Source of the DNA: Amoebophrya sp. A120
Lineage: Eukaryota > Protista > Dinoflagellata
DNA: 64,000 nucleotides
Direction: 5' to 3'
NCBI GenBank assembly: GCA_905178155.1
Contig: CAJINV010000018.1
Location: 910,609-974,608, forward strand
In this document: positions 59,683 to 64,000 of the stretch, in pieces
Layout of the letters: every line of letters starts with the position of its first letter
Numbering within the stretch: the stretch's first letter is position 1
The notes under the pieces: generated by a model
Seen by the model: only the letters and a program-made list of their open reading frames with translations
Databases searched by the model: none
Told to the model about the DNA's origin: nothing
Position numbers and translations under genes: made by a program

Positions 59683-62600
59683 TTAGCTTCCGGTTTTCGC
59701 CATTTTTCTTGCCTTCCAGGCCTGTGCCGCCTGCAGGATCTTCAAATTCTTCTCGCCTGCGGAGTCCTCTGGGAATATGTAGTCGATAAATTCCTCGTAA
59801 TCGTCCTCGTCGGGCCCCGTGTTTTATTGTGAGGAAACATCCCTCCTCCCCATATCGAAAAGGCGTGCCTTTCAAAATTTGTGACGCTGATTTGTGGCCA
59901 CGGATCGGGTCTGTCTTGCAAGAGAGCAAAGCCAGGGCTTCCGCTGCACTTCGCAGGCGATTTGCAATGCTGCTACGCAACTAGGGCAGACATCTGCCAT
60001 GCTAAGTGCTTACCCCAAGCCACCCCTTTCAGAGCTTCGTATCTGTCTGCAGTCCTCTACCGCAAGACAAATCCGATTTGTGTACACAAATCCTGCATCA
60101 CAGATTTCCATTCCGATATGGGGAGGGGGGATTTTTCGTTTCAATATGTTTTTTCGCACCTTCTTCTTCTTCGGCTGCCGGTCCTGGATCTTTTCGTACC
60201 AGGCTTTTCGGCTGCCGTCCTCTATCGGGAGAAAAAAGTGTTTCACTGTGCAGAGGAGGACTTTATTGCAAGTTTTGCATTACAAGTTCGTTACACATGA
60301 CAAGGAAAACCTGCCATGCGTACTACCTAAGGGAAAACGCATTGAAAAAGACAATGTCTTGCATGTGTAGCAAGACAAATGCGTCTGTGTTGCTGCATTA
60401 CATGCATCACAAGTTTCATACAGTGAAACAGTTTTTTCCTGCGATATCTTCCTCGTTGACGTGAATGAGCAACTCCTGCTCCTCGTCCGCCACGAAAATT
60501 TCGTCCCGCGCGCGTTTCTTATCCAGTGCAAACATGTCTAGGTCTGCAATAAACTTGTGATGCTGAATTGCGTGTGCTTGAAGCGCTTGCCGTTGCAGCC
60601 AAGCATGACAAGTCTACTTTGAGACGCCTTCTAAAGCCCAGTACGCATTACAAATTGCGTTTCTGCATCACAAAGGAGGCTGCTCTTTTGCTGCTCACGC
60701 AACACAGATTTTCCAGGAATGTAAATGTAACACCCGCATTACAAGTTCCACATTTATTCCGAACCCAGACACGATTATATTTGCAGTCCATATTTCTCCA
60801 GCTGGAGCCACTGCTCTAACAGCATCGCGCGCTGCTCGTTCATTTTCTGTTCCTTGTACTCCTTCAGCCCCCGTTCGAACAGCGCCCGCATCTTGGGCAG
60901 GTTCCGGGCGGTCTCCAGCTCAAACTCGGCGTAGGTGCGCCACACGCGTACGTGGTTGGTCTTTTCCAGCAGCCGTTCGAGTAGGTCGCGCGCCTTGTCG
61001 AACTCGTTCAAACTAATCTCCAAATCGATGTACTTGCGCCACATCAGTTCGGGCAAATCCTGCACCACGTCGAGTGCGGTCTCGCACAGAAATCGGCACC
61101 GGTCGTACTCTTCCAGAGACTATCAAATGCAAATATCCCTGGATGCCTGGAAAATGATGCAACTTGTGATGCTGCCATTCGATAACTAAAAAAATCTGTA
61201 TTGCATGGGCAGCAAGAGGAACCTATTAGCTGCTACTTGTAGTGGGTATAATTTCTCATGCGGTATAGGCATCCATTAGGAAGCCGTCACAAAACCTGTC
61301 ATGCTACGGCATGCTTCACAGACTTTATGGGTCATGCAAAATGTGCATGACAAACCTTCCACTCATCCAGACCCAGACATATTTGCAGTGCGTAGAGACT
61401 CTTCGAACTCGACGTACCTGATCCAGGGCTGCGGCATCAGGGGGTGCTTCTCGCACAATTTTTCGTAAATCGTGCGGCACTTGTCGAAATTCCCGAACCG
61501 CAGCTCCACGTCCGCGTACCACTCGAAAATTTTCTGCTTCCCGCACTCCCCGATCCCGCGCCCAAAGATCCGCCGCGCCTGCTCCAGGTTGCCCCGGCGC
61601 AGCTCAAACTCGCTGTACAGCTTGTACAGCTTCGCGAAAGTCAGCTTTTTCGTCGCCGTCAGTTTCATATGGAAGTGTCAGGATCGAAATCGACAAAGTT
61701 GCAATGCATAAAATCTATACCAGTTGGACCTACAGTTTCCATTTGGCGCATCACAAATGCTCACCGCGCCGGAAGCGAATCTGTCAGGCTGTTCAGGGCA
61801 TTAAACGAGCTCCCTTCTGACATGCTAGTTAGCAGCACTATAATCTGCCTTCTTTGCATCCGATGCAACAGAGGCGCCCTCATCTGCGTCGTATTTTATG
61901 CATGACAAATGATTTCAACTGTGTCGATTTCGCTGCTGGCGCTTCCATACTTCATATCAACTGTAAAAATGTCTGGGTCTGGAAAATTTCCAGGTTTGTC
62001 ATGCATATTTCGCATGGGCTATGATGCCTGTAATGTATGACCTAGCATGACAGATTTTTTGCGGGCATCTTGATGCCTATCCCGCATGACAAATGCCCTC
62101 TCCGCGGAGCAAAAACTGGACGCCTCTTGCTGCTCATGCAATACAGATTTTCTTAGATTCCAAAAATAGCATCACAAGTTGCATTCTTCCAGACATCCAG
62201 GGATTTTTGCAATCCATACTTCACCGCGGTGTCGTACACCTTGCGGGTTTTCGGGTATCAAGTGCAAAAATGTCTGGGTCTGGAAGAGTGTAAACTTGTC
62301 ATGCAGATTTTCCATGACCCATGAGGTCTGGAATGCGGCACTTAGCATGACAGACTCTGTGAGGTCTCTGCCATGCCTATCCTGCATGAGAAACTCCCTC
62401 CCAACTTGGTCGAAAGTGGATAGCTTTTGGCACTCATGCAACACAGAGTTTTGTATGCTTCAGATTTACCATGACAAGTTACCACCTTCCAGACCCAGAC
62501 ATATTTGCAATTCATATCGGGTAGTCCTCTGCCACCGTTTCCTCGAAAAGGGCGTAGTTGTACCACAGGTAGATGTACCGCTTCCAGTAGTCCTTCTGCG

Positions 62601-64000
62601 CGACGGGCGGAAACTGGGCGATGGCGCGCTCGTAGAGTTCGCGAATCTGAGTGATGTCACCACCTTGCTCCTCGAGGCGGAGGTAATCAAACCAAGTGTC
62701 GTAATCGCGAGGCTTGTCCTTCAGAGTCTCCTCATAAGCAAACCTGATACATATAAACGAATGTGGTTTATTTCAACAATGGAATTTCCATTTCCTGTCT
62801 GCATGTGCATTATGAGGATATGTTTCATCACGGTAAAAATTCGTACCATGAACATGATGCGTCATTCACTTTAATATTATTCACGTAGCAGCACTGCAGA
62901 TCAGAAGTATCCTGTACTTATTGTAGTTCTTGCTTCGTCAACTAAAAAGCTGAGCGAACGAGAAATCGCATGATGTTGACATTGCATCCTAAAGTCAAAT
63001 TCCGATTTCCTTACCTTCTTTTCTGCATGACCACGTCTTCGATTTGGTCCGGTTTTCCGTAGATTTTTTCGAAATTGACGTATTTTTGGTACAAATCCTC
63101 AGCCCGGTCCTTTGTGATGAGCTCCAGTCCGCCCTTAAAAATGGCCCGCGCCCGGTCGTACTCCTTAGCCCGGATCTATCGAATGCAAAAATGTCTGGGT
63201 CTGGAAGAATGCAAGGTTTGTCATGCATATTTCTCATGACCCATGATGCCTGTAATGCATGACCTAGCATCGCAGACTTTTAGGGGGCTTCATGATGCAC
63301 CTTCCGCATGAGAAACGCCCTGTCCGTGTAGCACAAAGCGCACCCCTCTTGCTGGTCATGCAATACAAACTTTTTTAGAGTCCGAAAACAGCATGACAAG
63401 TTGCATTCTTCCGGACCCAGCCATTTTTACATTTGATAGGATCTCAAAGTGCGCGAACTGGATGTAGAACTGCTCGTCAAGTTCGTTCCCCAAAAGCTCC
63501 AGTGCCTTTTCGTAGCCGGACCGCGTGCGCTTGATCTTCAGTGGGTCGTTGTTCGCGTGTCGCTCCTCGAATTTATCCTGTGCAAAAGTATCGCACTCGT
63601 ATTGCAATCATGCATTACAAATCTTGTACTTGTTCTTAAGCTAAATCCGCATTACAAATTTTTTTTCTCATGCTGAGGAAATTATTTGTGATGCATTTAT
63701 ACGAGTACGATAATTTTGCAGTGCATAGAATTTCACCAGCCGCAAAAACGTATCACGAGAAAAAAGTGTTACAGTTACACATTTGTTGGAGTTTCTGCAT
63801 CACAAATTTTCACTGTCTGGCAGAGAAAACTTGCAATGCGAAGATCATAAGGGAAAACAGGAAGGAAACGAGGCTGCCAAGCATTTCCTGCATGAGAAAA
63901 GTTGTCTGTGTTGCCGGTCGTGCAACACAATGTGTAACTGCAACACTTTTTTCTTGCGATAAAACGCCTGCTGCGTGCAGTGGCAGGAGACGTAGCGCTC
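59683..64000 (-). CDS. CRNKL1: Crooked neck-like pre-mRNA splicing factor (HAT repeats), C-terminal part; 5' end outside the window
   Basis: [77 protein letters not shown]; ten introners plus a GT-AG intron at about 62744-63013. Confidence 0.95.
59825..60146. mobile_element. Introner, family G
   Basis: TIR; DR tgttt. Confidence 0.92.
60223..60446. mobile_element. Introner, family H
   Basis: TIR; DR tcctc/tcttc. Confidence 0.9.
60520..60792. mobile_element. Introner, family A
   Basis: TIR; DR tttct. Confidence 0.88.
61121..61394. mobile_element. Introner, family A (right end GTA variant)
   Basis: TIR; DR gagac. Confidence 0.9.
61668..61949. mobile_element. Introner, singleton family
   Basis: tatggaagtgtcaggatcgaaatcgaca / tgtcgatttcgctgctggcgcttccata; DR tttca/cttca. 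Confidence 0.9.
61955..62218. mobile_element. Introner, family A, abutting the previous element
   Basis: TIR; DR cttca/cttca. Confidence 0.92.
62256..62516. mobile_element. Introner, family A
   Basis: TIR; DR tcggg. Confidence 0.93.
63177..63438. mobile_element. Introner, family A
   Basis: TIR; DR ggatc. Confidence 0.93.
63574..63727. mobile_element. Introner, family B
   Basis: TIR; DR gaatt. Confidence 0.93.
63751..63961. mobile_element. Introner, family D
   Basis: TIR; DR aaacg; reverse complement of 18501-18711. Confidence 0.93.

Noticed and set aside
843-63438. Recurring peptides in the ORF track ([37 protein letters not shown]) suggesting a repeat-protein family
   Set aside because: They are translations of introner TIRs in various frames on both strands, not genes.

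Overview
Eukaryotic gene-dense DNA carrying about ten protein-coding genes, all on the minus strand. They encode an OSCA/TMEM63-like membrane protein, a hypothetical EF-hand-like protein, two FAM135/DUF676 lipase-like paralogues, a protein with a degenerate AEP/primase-like domain, a coiled-coil protein, an ENTH/epsin-family protein, a single-pass membrane protein with UIM repeats, sphingolipid delta-4 desaturase and the splicing factor Crooked neck/Clf1. The dominant feature is about 74 non-canonical introns, counted by hand. They are MITE-like 'introner' elements, mostly 120-325 bp, with TAT...ATA termini, terminal inverted repeats (TIRs) and a 5-bp direct repeat (DR, a target-site duplication), and they lack GT-AG ends. 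They fall into at least 10 families by TIR sequence and occur in either orientation. All those found lie inside coding sequence. Where I checked, removing the element plus one DR copy restores the reading frame. They coexist with a minority of GT-AG introns. This organisation matches what is known for the parasitic dinoflagellate Amoebophrya (Syndiniales); that assignment is an inference. Notable details: two introners back to back at one target site (zero-net-length exon), an introner enlarged by a nested ~830-bp insertion, an introner that also offers GT-AG ends, a motif shared by all families, and a 1.6-kb intergenic TIR element with a cruciform and a 109-bp tandem array. Coordinates were read by eye and may be off by a few bases; gene models are unconfirmed by transcripts.
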